Assembly: GCA_021731405.1 (NCBI GenBank)
Contig: JAKFXN010000003.1
Coordinates: forward strand, 108,676-172,675
Reading direction: 5' to 3'
Source: Candidatus Parcubacteria bacterium
GTDB lineage: Bacteria; Patescibacteriota; Minisyncoccia; Phycocordibacterales; UBA918
Length of the DNA: 64,000 bases
Shown: piece after piece, positions 50,145 to 58,695 of the stretch
How the letters are laid out: every line of letters begins with the position of its first letter
Position numbering within the stretch: position 1 is the first letter of the stretch
Program-made: the position numbers and the translations under genes
The notes under the pieces: generated by a model
Seen by the model: only the letters and a program-made list of their open reading frames with translations
What the model was told of the DNA's origin: nothing
Databases searched by the model: none

Positions 50145-51560
50145 ATGAGTACTATCGCAGAATTACGAAGACAGTTTATTGCTGGTGAGCGTACGCCACT
50201 TGAAGTTTTTGACGAAGCGCTAGCAATCATTAAAGAAAAAAACGCAGACATTAATGCGTTTTTAGAAGTATATGAAGATGCTCGTAGTGAGGCTGAAGTA
50301 GCTACGAAGCGTTACCAGACTGAAAAAGAAAACACCCCACCACTTCTTGGTATTCCACTGGCTATCAAAAATAATATTCTTATTAAGGGAAGAAAAGCGA
50401 CTGCCGCGTCTAAGATTCTCGAAAACTATACTGCCACCTACGACTCAACTGTTATTGCGCGTCTGAAAATGGCTGGAGCTATCTTTGTGGGAGCAACTAA
50501 CATGGATGAATTTGCGATGGGAGGTTCAACTGAGAACTCCGCTTTTGGAGTGACCAAAAATCCACTTGATACGAAACGAGTACCAGGAGGTTCGTCTGGA
50601 GGCTCTGCCGCTGCTGTGGCAATGGGTGTTGTGCCGGCTGCGATGGGAACAGATACTGGAGGTTCTATTCGGCAACCTGCGAGCTTCTGTGGGTTGGTTG
50701 GTTTTAAGCCTACCTATGGTGCAGTGTCTCGTTTTGGACTGATTGCAATGGGATCTTCACTCGACCAAGCGGGCCCACTCACCAATACCGTAGCTGACGC
50801 TGAACTTCTGCATGGGGTCATTAGTGGGGTAGATTCACATGACGCAACTACCATCACTGAGGACACGTACGTGAGTCGACCACTTAAGGAAACATACACG
50901 TTTGGCATTCCGCGAAAGTTTTTGGCTGACGGCATTGATCCGGACGTACTTGAGACTTTTAATGCTCACGTCGATTCACTTAAGGCGCAAGGACACACGA
51001 TTGTTGATATTGATTTACCAATCTTTGAAAAAGGTCTAGCAGCGTACTATATCGTGATGCCTGCTGAGGTGTCTTCAAACCTAGCTCGCTTTGATGGTAT
51101 GCGGTACGGGCTCTCTGTAGAAGGAGATACCTTACTCGACGTGTATCAAAAAACCCGGGCCCAAGGTTTTGGAAAAGAAGTAAAACGGCGTATTTTGCTC
51201 GGTACCTATGTATTGTCTTCAGGTTATTATGATGCCTATTACGGTAAGGCAGAGCTCGTTCGTACCAAAATGCGCGCAGAACTTACTGAGACATTCAAAC
51301 AAGTTGATTTTATTGTTATCCCAACCGCACCAACACCTGCTTTCAAGATAGGTGAACAGGAAGACCCCTTGGCAATGTATCGACAAGATATTTTTACGGT
51401 GCCGGTGAATTTAACAGGCGTGCCGACACTGGCATTCCCCATGGGAACAGTAACAAGAGAGGGTGTGAGTCTTCCAGTTGGGGTACAATATATAGCACCA
51501 CATGGTGAAGATGCTCGTTTGTTTTCTATCGGTAAAAAAGTATACGACGAGCGACCATAA
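50145..51560 (+). CDS. gatA: Glu-tRNA(Gln) amidotransferase subunit A
   Basis: Amidase signature GGSSGGSAAAVA. Ser-cisSer-Lys triad region. Confidence 0.9.
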   Translation: MSTIAELRRQFIAGERTPLEVFDEALAIIKEKNADINAFLEVYEDARSEAEVATKRYQTEKENTPPLLGIPLAIKNNILIKGRKATAASKILENYTATYDSTVIARLKMAGAIFVGATNMDEFAMGGSTENSAFGVTKNPLDTKRVPGGSSGGSAAAVAMGVVPAAMGTDTGGSIRQPASFCGLVGFKPTYGAVSRFGLIAMGSSLDQAGPLTNTVADAELLHGVISGVDSHDATTITEDTYVSRPLKETYTFGIPRKFLADGIDPDVLETFNAHVDSLKAQGHTIVDIDLPIFEKGLAAYYIVMPAEVSSNLARFDGMRYGLSVEGDTLLDVYQKTRAQGFGKEVKRRILLGTYVLSSGYYDAYYGKAELVRTKMRAELTETFKQVDFIVIPTAPTPAFKIGEQEDPLAMYRQDIFTVPVNLTGVPTLAFPMGTVTREGVSLPVGVQYIAPHGEDARLFSIGKKVYDERP

Positions 51561-51572
51561 GCTGGTCTTATA

Positions 51573-52208
51573 ATGGATCCAATTGTTTCAGCTGAATATT
51601 CAAGTATTGCCACGACAGTTAGTCTTACTACTGACGGAGCTGGTATTTTTGGTAATATTTTTGAAACAGCTTTTGATAGCGCTAATGCATCTTCTTTCTT
51701 TACACTTGATAGCATTCTCTCACTCTTAAATACTATTTGGCTTGTCTACGTTGTTTTTGCGTACATACTTTGTATTTTAATGTTAGTTCTGTACGTGTAC
51801 GCATCTGCAGGCAAAAAGCAGCTCCAAGATTTAGATGATGAAGCACGTGAACAACGTGAACGACTCTATGAAGAGCACTTTAAAGGAATTCCTAAAAATA
51901 GTCGGATTGAAGACATGTTGACCCACAGCGCATCTGACAGTCCAAATGATTGGAAATTAGCAATTATTGAAGCTGACATAATCTTGGACGAAATCCTGAA
52001 AGAAGCAGGGTACTTAGGAGCAACTCTTGGTGATCGACTAAAAAGTATTTCTCCCACTCAGCTGCAATCTCTTGATGATGCTTGGCAGGCCCATAAAGTG
52101 CGTAACCAAATCGCCCATGCTGGCTCAGATTTTGTTTTGACTCGGAAGTTGGCTGAAGACACTATTAAGCAATATCGGCGCGTGTTTTACGAACTTGGGG
52201 TGCGCTAG
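51573..52208 (+). CDS. hypothetical membrane protein (one TM)
   Basis: No recognised domain. Confidence 0.4.
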   Translation: MDPIVSAEYSSIATTVSLTTDGAGIFGNIFETAFDSANASSFFTLDSILSLLNTIWLVYVVFAYILCILMLVLYVYASAGKKQLQDLDDEAREQRERLYEEHFKGIPKNSRIEDMLTHSASDSPNDWKLAIIEADIILDEILKEAGYLGATLGDRLKSISPTQLQSLDDAWQAHKVRNQIAHAGSDFVLTRKLAEDTIKQYRRVFYELGVR

Positions 52209-52261
52209 TAAGTTGCAATTATGTCAAAAATGAGGTACTTTCTTGTGTACCGAAGTATATA

Positions 52262-52330
52262 GCGGGTTAGAGGAGAGGTACCTCGGGAGGCTCATAACCT
52301 CCAGACTCCGGTTCGATTCCGGAACCCGCA
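52262..52330 (+). tRNA. tRNA-Met (CAU), elongator-type
   Basis: Anticodon stem-loop GGAGG-CTCATAA-CCTCC. T-arm TCCGG-TTCGATT-CCGGA. Acceptor GCGGGTT/AACCCGC. Exact ends ±2 nt. Confidence 0.7.
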
Positions 52331-52620
52331 ACAAAATAACAAAACCAGCACCCTAGGTGCTGGTTTTGTTATTTTGTCAGGGTTCACAGAGCCAACTGCT
52401 TGGCTCTGGTCGGGATCGAACAACCGCAGCGATGCCGTAGGCGAGCGAGGTGGGTGAGAAATGGGACGGGACCCATTTCGCAAGGCTCATATAGTATCTT
52501 TTGAACGAAGTGAGAAAAGAGACATATGAGTGGACAGAATCTGTAAGATTCGAGAACACTTAGTAGATTTGGAGTGGAACGAACAAATATACTTAGTGAT
52601 TCGTGACTCATTCCGGAACC
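52331..52620 (+). repeat. tRNA-3'-flank element copy (b) with nested core (52454–52548)
   Basis: Terminator hairpin, then GTCGGGATCGAACAACCGCAGCGATGCCGTAGGCGAGCGAGGTGG. Then core GTGAGAAATGGGACGGGACCCATTTCGCAAGG...CTGTAAGA. Then TTCGAGAACACTTAGTAGATTTGGAGTGGAACGAACAAATATACTTAGTGATTCGTGAC. Then direct copy TCATTCCGGAACC of the tRNA-Met 3' segment. Confidence 0.7.
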
Positions 52621-52874
52621 ACTTGTCCCTCAATTTTCCATTGCCCGCCTGTTCGCAGAGAAGTACAATTAACCTATGAGTAAAAATCATTCTGGACGAC
52701 CATTAAACGTGAATCATCATATGGGCAAAACGGCACCGCTGGGTAAGCACATGCAACCGCGTCGGGTCGCTTCACGGATGGAAGGTGCCCCTCGAAACGA
52801 ACAACGGAAAGCGGGAAAAGGTAAGTAGGTTATAAGTTGAGCTTGTTCTCAATCTCTTGTATATTGCTTGTATT

Positions 52875-53576
52875 ATGCAATGCGTTATTTTAGCTGCAGG
52901 AAAAGGAACCCGCTTGCGCCCACTCACTGAACACACCCCAAAGCCTCTTGTGAAGGTGGCTGGCAAGCCCTTATTGGAACATATTGTCGAAGCACTTCCG
53001 AGTTCTGTAGACGAAATTATTTTAGTGACTGGTTATTTAGAACAACAGATTAAAGATTACTGTGGTTCAGAATTTCACGGCAAAAAAGTTACGTACGTAA
53101 CACAAGTTGAGCAGAAGGGTACCGCGCACGCGTTGTGGCTCTGTAAGGACCTATTAAAGGGAAGATTCCTTTTTATGTTTGCTGACGACCTTCATGGCCC
53201 AAACGACATCGCTCGCGCTACTTCCTACGTACGCTCTATGCTTACACTGACTACCAACACACCAGAGAAGTTTGGTATTGTGGTCCGTCATCCTGATGGG
53301 ACACTGGCTCAGATTATAGAGAAGCCAGAACATCCACCATCAAACCTAGCCTCAACTGGAGTGATGGTGCTTGATGATAATATCTTTAAGTACGACCCAT
53401 ACGCCAAAGAAACAAAGGGAGAGTACTACCTTACCGACGTGATTCAGGAATATGCTAAAGAGTATCCAATTGCGGTAGTGGAACAGTCTCTTTGGATTCC
53501 TATTGGGTACCCAGAAGACATAGCAAAAGCCGAAGAAATCTTGGCTGCGAACATTGATTCTCGGCCTAAAATGTAG
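52875..53576 (+). CDS. sugar-phosphate nucleotidyltransferase (NTP_transferase; G1P thymidylyl/uridylyl-transferase-like)
   Basis: VILAAGKGTRLRPLTEHTPKPLVKVAGKPLLEHIVEAL. Confidence 0.8.
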   Translation: MQCVILAAGKGTRLRPLTEHTPKPLVKVAGKPLLEHIVEALPSSVDEIILVTGYLEQQIKDYCGSEFHGKKVTYVTQVEQKGTAHALWLCKDLLKGRFLFMFADDLHGPNDIARATSYVRSMLTLTTNTPEKFGIVVRHPDGTLAQIIEKPEHPPSNLASTGVMVLDDNIFKYDPYAKETKGEYYLTDVIQEYAKEYPIAVVEQSLWIPIGYPEDIAKAEEILAANIDSRPKM

Positions 53577-53614
53577 TATCTTTTTGCAACTGTCATCTAG
53601 GCAGTAATACGTCT

Positions 53615-53688
53615 GTCGACGTAGCTCAGTTGGTTAGAGCGTAGCACTCATAAAGCTAAGGTCGGAGGATCGTTCCCTCCCGTCGACA
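53615..53688 (+). tRNA. tRNA with CAU anticodon (Met or Ile2/lysidine), unusual T-loop AUCGUUC
   Basis: Acceptor GTCGACG/CGTCGAC, D GCTC-AGTTGGTTA-GAGC, anticodon loop CTCATAA, T GGAGG-ATCGTTC-CCTCC. Confidence 0.65.
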
Positions 53689-53794
53689 CAAAGAAAATGC
53701 CTTGGCTTTTTCTGGCCTGAGATATTGCCCTTTTTTACGAAAGTGTATATACTCTTGCCACCAGTCTCAGAAATGGCATTGGAACCGCATAACT

Positions 53795-53868
53795 GCGGTG
53801 GTAGCTCAACTGGTTAGAGCACCCGCCTGTCACGCGGGAGGTTGCGGGTTCGAGTCCCGTCTACCGCG
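53795..53868 (+). tRNA. tRNA-Asp (GUC)
   Basis: Acceptor GCGGTGG/CTACCGC, anticodon stem-loop CCCGC-CTGTCAC-GCGGG, T GCGGG-TTCGAGT-CCCGT, G73. Confidence 0.85.
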
Positions 53869-53936
53869 CACAATAAAGAATCGGCGAAAGCCGATTTTTT
53901 TGTGCGCGGTAGAAGAAAAGTGCTCGGGCACTTTTC

Positions 53937-54148
53937 GTCGGGACTCGAAAACCGCAGCGATGCCGTAGGCGAGCGAGGTGGGTGAGAAATGGGACGGGAC
54001 CCATTTCGCAAGGCTCATATAGTATCTTTTGAACGAAGTGAGAAAAGAGACATATGAGTGGACAGAATCTGTAAGATTCGAGAACACTTAGTAGATTTGG
54101 AGTGAAACGAACAAATATACTTAGTGATTCGTGACCGAGTCCCGTCTA
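53937..54148 (+). repeat. tRNA-3'-flank element copy (c) with nested core (53982–54076)
   Basis: Inverted acceptor copy TGTGCGCGGTAGA, a hairpin, then inverted T-arm CGTCGGGACTCGAA. Conserved arms plus core. Distal direct copy CGAGTCCCGTCTA of tRNA-Asp. Confidence 0.7.
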
Positions 54149-54179
54149 AAAAATCTAAATTTCTGTTATAGTACAAGCC

Positions 54180-55676
54180 ATGAAATCACCACTCGTTATT
54201 TATTGGTCTCGACGCGATTTTCGCTTGGCTGATAATCCAGCTCTTTTAGCTGCGCTTCTGCATAGCAAAAAAGAAAATATACCCTTCCTTCCTATTTTTA
54301 TCTTGGAGGATTATATGACAGAAGGAAATCCAATTCATCAGTTTGGTCTGCCTTCACGCTGGTTTTTGTCTCGAGCCTTACCTGACTTTGCTTCTCAGTT
54401 CAAAGACTTTGTTATTTATAAAGGCAAGGCGGTCGTAACTCTCAAAGCAATAGCTGAACACGTTGATGTGACTGTCTATGTAAATGATGATGTGTATGTA
54501 GATTTTTATACGCAGGTTGAGAAACTGCAAGCAGCAGGTATTACTGTCCACGTGTCTGAGGATGCTCTTTCTGTACCAAAAGACACTCGTTCTCAAGAAG
54601 GAAAATTATATAGCGTCTTTACTCCCTTTAAGAAAAATGTCTGGGTAAAATTTGTATCCACCAAAGTGCAAAAGAAAGCTGAAGTGACAGATGTGTTGAC
54701 TCTCACCAGAGCAGAGCGTCAGCTTTTGCCAAAAGAAGTTGTCGCGACGACAGAAGCACTTGAAGTAGAGTTTAGGAAAAGTCGCTTACTACAAGCAGGG
54801 AAGCATATAATCGACCTAGACACACTTACTGCTGCTCCAGAGTTCCAAGATTGGTATATCAGTGAAGCAGAAGCGCTAGAGCGTTTTAAAGGGTACTTAC
54901 AAAGCGGTGATCTTGATGGCTATAGAAAAAACCGTGATTCACTTGAGCTCGATGCTGTTGGGGCAGGAAAGACTTCCAAAATGAGTCTGGCCTTGGCGTG
55001 GGGTTTAGTATCTTCACGAACGCTCGTCTCACTTATTCAAAGACATTTTGAAGAATCATTTGATAATCCATTTTCTTCTAGGGTAAGTGAAGGAGCCCTT
55101 ACCTACATCTCTGAACTTATCTGGCGGGAGTTTTATCGCTACCAATTGTTTCACCATCCTGAGCTTATGGACACTGAGTTTCAGGAACGATTCCGAGGCA
55201 CTATTGCCTGGGTGGAGGACAAAACAGCCGAGGCTCGATTCATTGCTTGGATAAAAGGCGAAACAGGCTACCCGGTAGTTGATGCAGCGATGAAACAAAT
55301 CGCTGAAACAGGATGGATGCATAACCGTTCGCGGATGGTTGTGGCTAGTATATTAACTAAAAACTTAGGTGTTGATTGGCGCTGGGGGCAAGAATATTTT
55401 AGAGCGGCCCTCATTGATTTGGATGAAGCTTCTAATAATGGTGGCTGGCAGTGGGGTGCTTCAGTCGGAGCTGATCCAAAACCAATTCGTATTTTTAACC
55501 CTGAGCTCCAAGCCAAAAATTACGATGCTTCTGGTGCGTATCAAAAACGATGGTTAGAGTCAGACAAAAACTTCTCACTCTTAGCCCCAAGTGTGCCGAT
55601 TGTGGAGCATAAGACTGCTCGAGAAGAGGCGCTAAAACGGTACGGTCTTTCTAAAGAAGAACCAAGAGATTATTAG
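54180..55676 (+). CDS. phrB: deoxyribodipyrimidine photolyase/cryptochrome family protein
   Basis: N-terminal photolyase domain. FAD-binding WREFY, GWMHNRSRMVVASIL, DLDEASNNGGWQW. Confidence 0.85.
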   Translation: MKSPLVIYWSRRDFRLADNPALLAALLHSKKENIPFLPIFILEDYMTEGNPIHQFGLPSRWFLSRALPDFASQFKDFVIYKGKAVVTLKAIAEHVDVTVYVNDDVYVDFYTQVEKLQAAGITVHVSEDALSVPKDTRSQEGKLYSVFTPFKKNVWVKFVSTKVQKKAEVTDVLTLTRAERQLLPKEVVATTEALEVEFRKSRLLQAGKHIIDLDTLTAAPEFQDWYISEAEALERFKGYLQSGDLDGYRKNRDSLELDAVGAGKTSKMSLALAWGLVSSRTLVSLIQRHFEESFDNPFSSRVSEGALTYISELIWREFYRYQLFHHPELMDTEFQERFRGTIAWVEDKTAEARFIAWIKGETGYPVVDAAMKQIAETGWMHNRSRMVVASILTKNLGVDWRWGQEYFRAALIDLDEASNNGGWQWGASVGADPKPIRIFNPELQAKNYDASGAYQKRWLESDKNFSLLAPSVPIVEHKTAREEALKRYGLSKEEPRDY

Positions 55677-56255
55677 GAAATAAAAAAGGGCGGTTCCCAT
55701 GGGAACCGCCCGGTATCAGAGGCTCAGTACTCTTGTCGCAACAATGTTTTATTGCGGCATAATCCGTTTGGATTAAGTTTCCTCATTCGGACATCTTTGG
55801 ATTGTGGCTTGTGTGGCTAGCTAACCCAAAGCTTATCGCAGCCTACCGCGTCCTTCATCGAGTCTAAGCATGAACCACATCCTGATTCGGAGCAATGACA
55901 CTAGCGTCTCATTTCTGATACCTCCGGCAGACCTCGCGATCTACCTTCACGGGCGTACAGAACGGTCACTGACAGAATGTGGTCATTTGTATCATAAGGC
56001 ATTCTTTCTTAATTGCAAGTAAGTATAAAATCTGAAAAGGTTTTGTTTTTATAGTTGAATTCTGCTAGGATGTGGACGCACGAGGAGTTAGAAATGCTTG
56101 TGCAGTTGCCAATGTATGAAAATCATACATTGTCTGCTCTCGAACAAAATGTGGACCATCACATTTGGTTTTGTCACAAATCACTTTTCCTTGAGCGAGC
56201 TCAAAAAAGTAATTTGTTCCAAAACCCAAAGCGCTTCACGCTTTGCTTCTCATTT

Positions 56256-56328
56256 GCCAATGTAGCTCAGCTGGTAGAGCAACGCCATGGTAAGGCGTAG
56301 GTCTCCGGTTCGATTCCGGACATTGGCT
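56256..56328 (+). tRNA. tRNA-Thr (GGU)
   Basis: Acceptor GCCAATG/CATTGGC, anticodon stem-loop ACGCC-ATGGTAA-GGCGT, T TCCGG-TTCGATT-CCGGA. Terminator follows. Confidence 0.85.
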
Positions 56329-56629
56329 CAAATAAAAAATCCCCAGGTGGGGATTTTTTTGTTTCTAGCCGCGTTCAACGCTTTTTGCTACGGTATTTTG
56401 AAGCATGCCGCTTCGCAGCTTTCTTCGGCGGCTTGCCACCAGCAGAAACTTTCATGACTGGTGCTTGTCCACCTCGAAAGGTGGTATAGACAAAGCTCAG
56501 GATTTGACGTTGAGTCAAAATCTGACCTGTCTGATTGCAGCGATACCTCCCACGACTGAGAGGTGTGAACGTCAGCGATTTTGTGAACGAGTGCATGACA
56601 CACCTCCTTGGTTAAGTAAAAAACCGTTT

Positions 56630-56803
56630 CTAAGCAGCTTTTTTACGCCTGCTTAATTTGCGACGTTTGAACACCTGGGTGTTTTGCGGTCCCCAATTTT
56701 CCTTTTGGGGAGAACCGCGTCGAGCTTTTTTCGTGCAGTAGTGACCAATACATTGTTTGTATTTGCCGTCTCTGTCATAGAAAATCTGGGTGCGATATTT
56801 CAT
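56630..56803 (-). CDS. small basic protein (57 aa), unknown
   Basis: MKYRTQIFYDRDGKYKQCIGHYCTKKARRGSPQKENWGPQNTQVFKRRKLSRRKKAA. GGAAAGG RBS 6 nt upstream. Not in the supplied ORF track (<60 aa). Confidence 0.4.
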   Translation of the reverse strand: MKYRTQIFYDRDGKYKQCIGHYCTKKARRGSPQKENWGPQNTQVFKRRKLSRRKKAA

Positions 56804-57111
56804 CGGTTACCTTTCCGTGGAGTTGTGAGGAACGAATCTCTCTAGCTCACTTATACACTCGTTTTAGGTCCTAGTCAAAGCTTTTTAATTTTGTGCTATA
56901 GTACAAAAGTGTCATCGTACACAGCCGTTGCTGCAAGCAACTTTTGTTCTTTAAACTGCACATTTCAACTTTCCAATCACATTACCAGTGTGTTTGGTGG
57001 GGTAGGTGACAAAAATCGCCAACCTGGAGCATGCTCCAAAAAAGCCCGGTCACCAGACTGGGCTTTTTTCTTAATAAACACCCCTCTTTATATTTGCTAT
57101 ACTAGATACTC

Positions 57112-57987
57112 ATGGATACTGAGTCACAATCCCGCATAGAAGCAATCGAAGCCCTGATGCTCCAGTCTGACTTTTGGAACGAACCTCAGAAAGCTCAAGC
57201 GCTTATAAAAGAACTACAAACCCTTAAGGATTCAGCTGACGGAAAAGGAAAGTATGACCGCAACAACGCGGTTCTTTCGGTAGTTGCGGGGGCTGGTGGA
57301 GACGATGCTGAAGACTTTGCTCGTATGTTGGTAGAAATGTATCAAAAGTACTGCGAAAATCGTGGTTGGTCTTTTGTTGTCATTGATAGCAATCGAAACG
57401 ATCAAAATGGCTACCGAAATATCACTATCGAAATTGCTGGTAAAGAAGCATATGGCACACTCCGGCATGAGTCTGGGGTACATCGTCTTGTTCGTATTTC
57501 TCCATTCAACAGTAACGGCAAAAGACAAACTTCTTTTGTGCTCATAGAAGTGTCACCAAGTATTGATGACCAAAGTGCAGTAGCTCTTTCGGAAGATGAA
57601 CTTGAAATTAGCTTTGCTCGGGCGGGTGGTGCGGGTGGTCAAAATGTCAACAAGCGGGAGACAGCGGTACGTATCACACATAAGCCAACAAATATTTCAG
57701 TTCATGTCGCGACCGAGCGTTCCCAGCTTCAAAACCGCGAACTCGGAATGAAACTTTTGGCAGGAAAAATTTATTCTTTCAACGAAGCGCAGCGTGAGCG
57801 AGAGCTCCAAGGTCTCTCGGTTGAGAAGACACTTAAAATTGAATGGGGAAGTCAGATTCGTTCGTACGTTCTTCATCCATACCAGCTGGTAAAAGATCAC
57901 CGAAATAATCTCGAGGTGCGGGACGTATATAAAGTATTAAATGGTGATATTGAGCCGTTTATAGCTGCTTTAAAGTCGGGAAGTTAA
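57112..57987 (+). CDS. prfB: peptide chain release factor 2 (N-terminally short, no frameshift site)
   Basis: SPF tripeptide (RISPFNS), GGQ motif ([11 protein letters not shown]), [19 protein letters not shown] box 9 nt before the ATG and no SD. Confidence 0.85.
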   Translation: MDTESQSRIEAIEALMLQSDFWNEPQKAQALIKELQTLKDSADGKGKYDRNNAVLSVVAGAGGDDAEDFARMLVEMYQKYCENRGWSFVVIDSNRNDQNGYRNITIEIAGKEAYGTLRHESGVHRLVRISPFNSNGKRQTSFVLIEVSPSIDDQSAVALSEDELEISFARAGGAGGQNVNKRETAVRITHKPTNISVHVATERSQLQNRELGMKLLAGKIYSFNEAQRERELQGLSVEKTLKIEWGSQIRSYVLHPYQLVKDHRNNLEVRDVYKVLNGDIEPFIAALKSGS

Positions 57988-58005
57988 CGTGCTATACTAA
58001 AACTT

Positions 58006-58689
58006 ATGATTTACTTTGATAATGTTTCTAAGCTCTACAACGACGGTCGGTCGGCAGCGCTCCAAGAAGTAACGTTTCAAGTAGCCCCAAAAGAATTTGT
58101 CTCAATTGTTGGACATTCTGGTGCGGGAAAAACTACACTCCTCAAAATGATTATTGCTGAAGATAAGCCAAGTCATGGACAGGTCTTTTTTGAGTCACTT
58201 GATATTCACCAAATCCCTCGCACTAAGCTTCCACATTACCGTCGCAAAATTGGTACCGTGTTCCAAGACTTCAAGCTCCTCCCTAACAAGACTGCGTACG
58301 AAAACATTGCCTTTGCTATGGAAGCAAACGGACGTACTGACGAAGAGATACTAGAAAATGTTCCCCAAGCGCTCGCGCTCGTGGACCTCGATGATAAAGC
58401 TTGGAATTTCCCCAATGAACTTTCTGGAGGAGAGAAGCAACGTGTTGCGATTGCGCGGGCAATTGTAAATCAACCAGACATCATTGTGGCTGATGAACCA
58501 ACTGGAAACTTGGATCCGATTGCTACTTATGAAGTAGTTCAGATTCTCCGCAAAATTAACGACCTTGGCACGACAGTCATCATGACTACCCATAATAAGG
58601 GTGTCATTGATGAGCTTGGCCGCCGAGTTATTACTATGGACGAAGGACGAATTGTTCGTGATGATGCTACTGGTAAGTACGCTCTTTAA
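58006..58689 (+). CDS. ftsE: cell-division ABC ATPase FtsE
   Basis: GHSGAGKTTLLKMI, LSGGEKQRVAIARA. Followed by ftsX. Confidence 0.85.
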   Translation: MIYFDNVSKLYNDGRSAALQEVTFQVAPKEFVSIVGHSGAGKTTLLKMIIAEDKPSHGQVFFESLDIHQIPRTKLPHYRRKIGTVFQDFKLLPNKTAYENIAFAMEANGRTDEEILENVPQALALVDLDDKAWNFPNELSGGEKQRVAIARAIVNQPDIIVADEPTGNLDPIATYEVVQILRKINDLGTTVIMTTHNKGVIDELGRRVITMDEGRIVRDDATGKYAL

Positions 58690-58695
58690 TTTATA

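Noticed and set aside
55690-56050. RNase P RNA or SRP RNA in the long intergenic region
   Set aside because: Only a weak match to the P4 3' strand. The candidate P4 partner is too close (about 25 nt apart), and no CR-I/CR-V or SRP domain IV motifs are present. Left as an unassigned ncRNA candidate.
56055-56300. 81-aa ORF upstream of tRNA-Thr
   Set aside because: It reads straight through the tRNA-Thr gene (56256–56328) and has no RBS. Likely spurious.
56375-56460. Possible tiny basic peptide MKVSAGGKPPKKAAKRHASKYRSKKR (minus strand), resembling a ribosomal-protein C-terminus
   Set aside because: Too short, with no clear RBS. I could not match it to L34/L36/S21 consensus sequences.
57050-57140. 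Programmed +1 frameshift in prfB
   Set aside because: No CUU-UGA-C motif. The only upstream ORF (56891–57139) is in the wrong frame relative to the RF2 frame.
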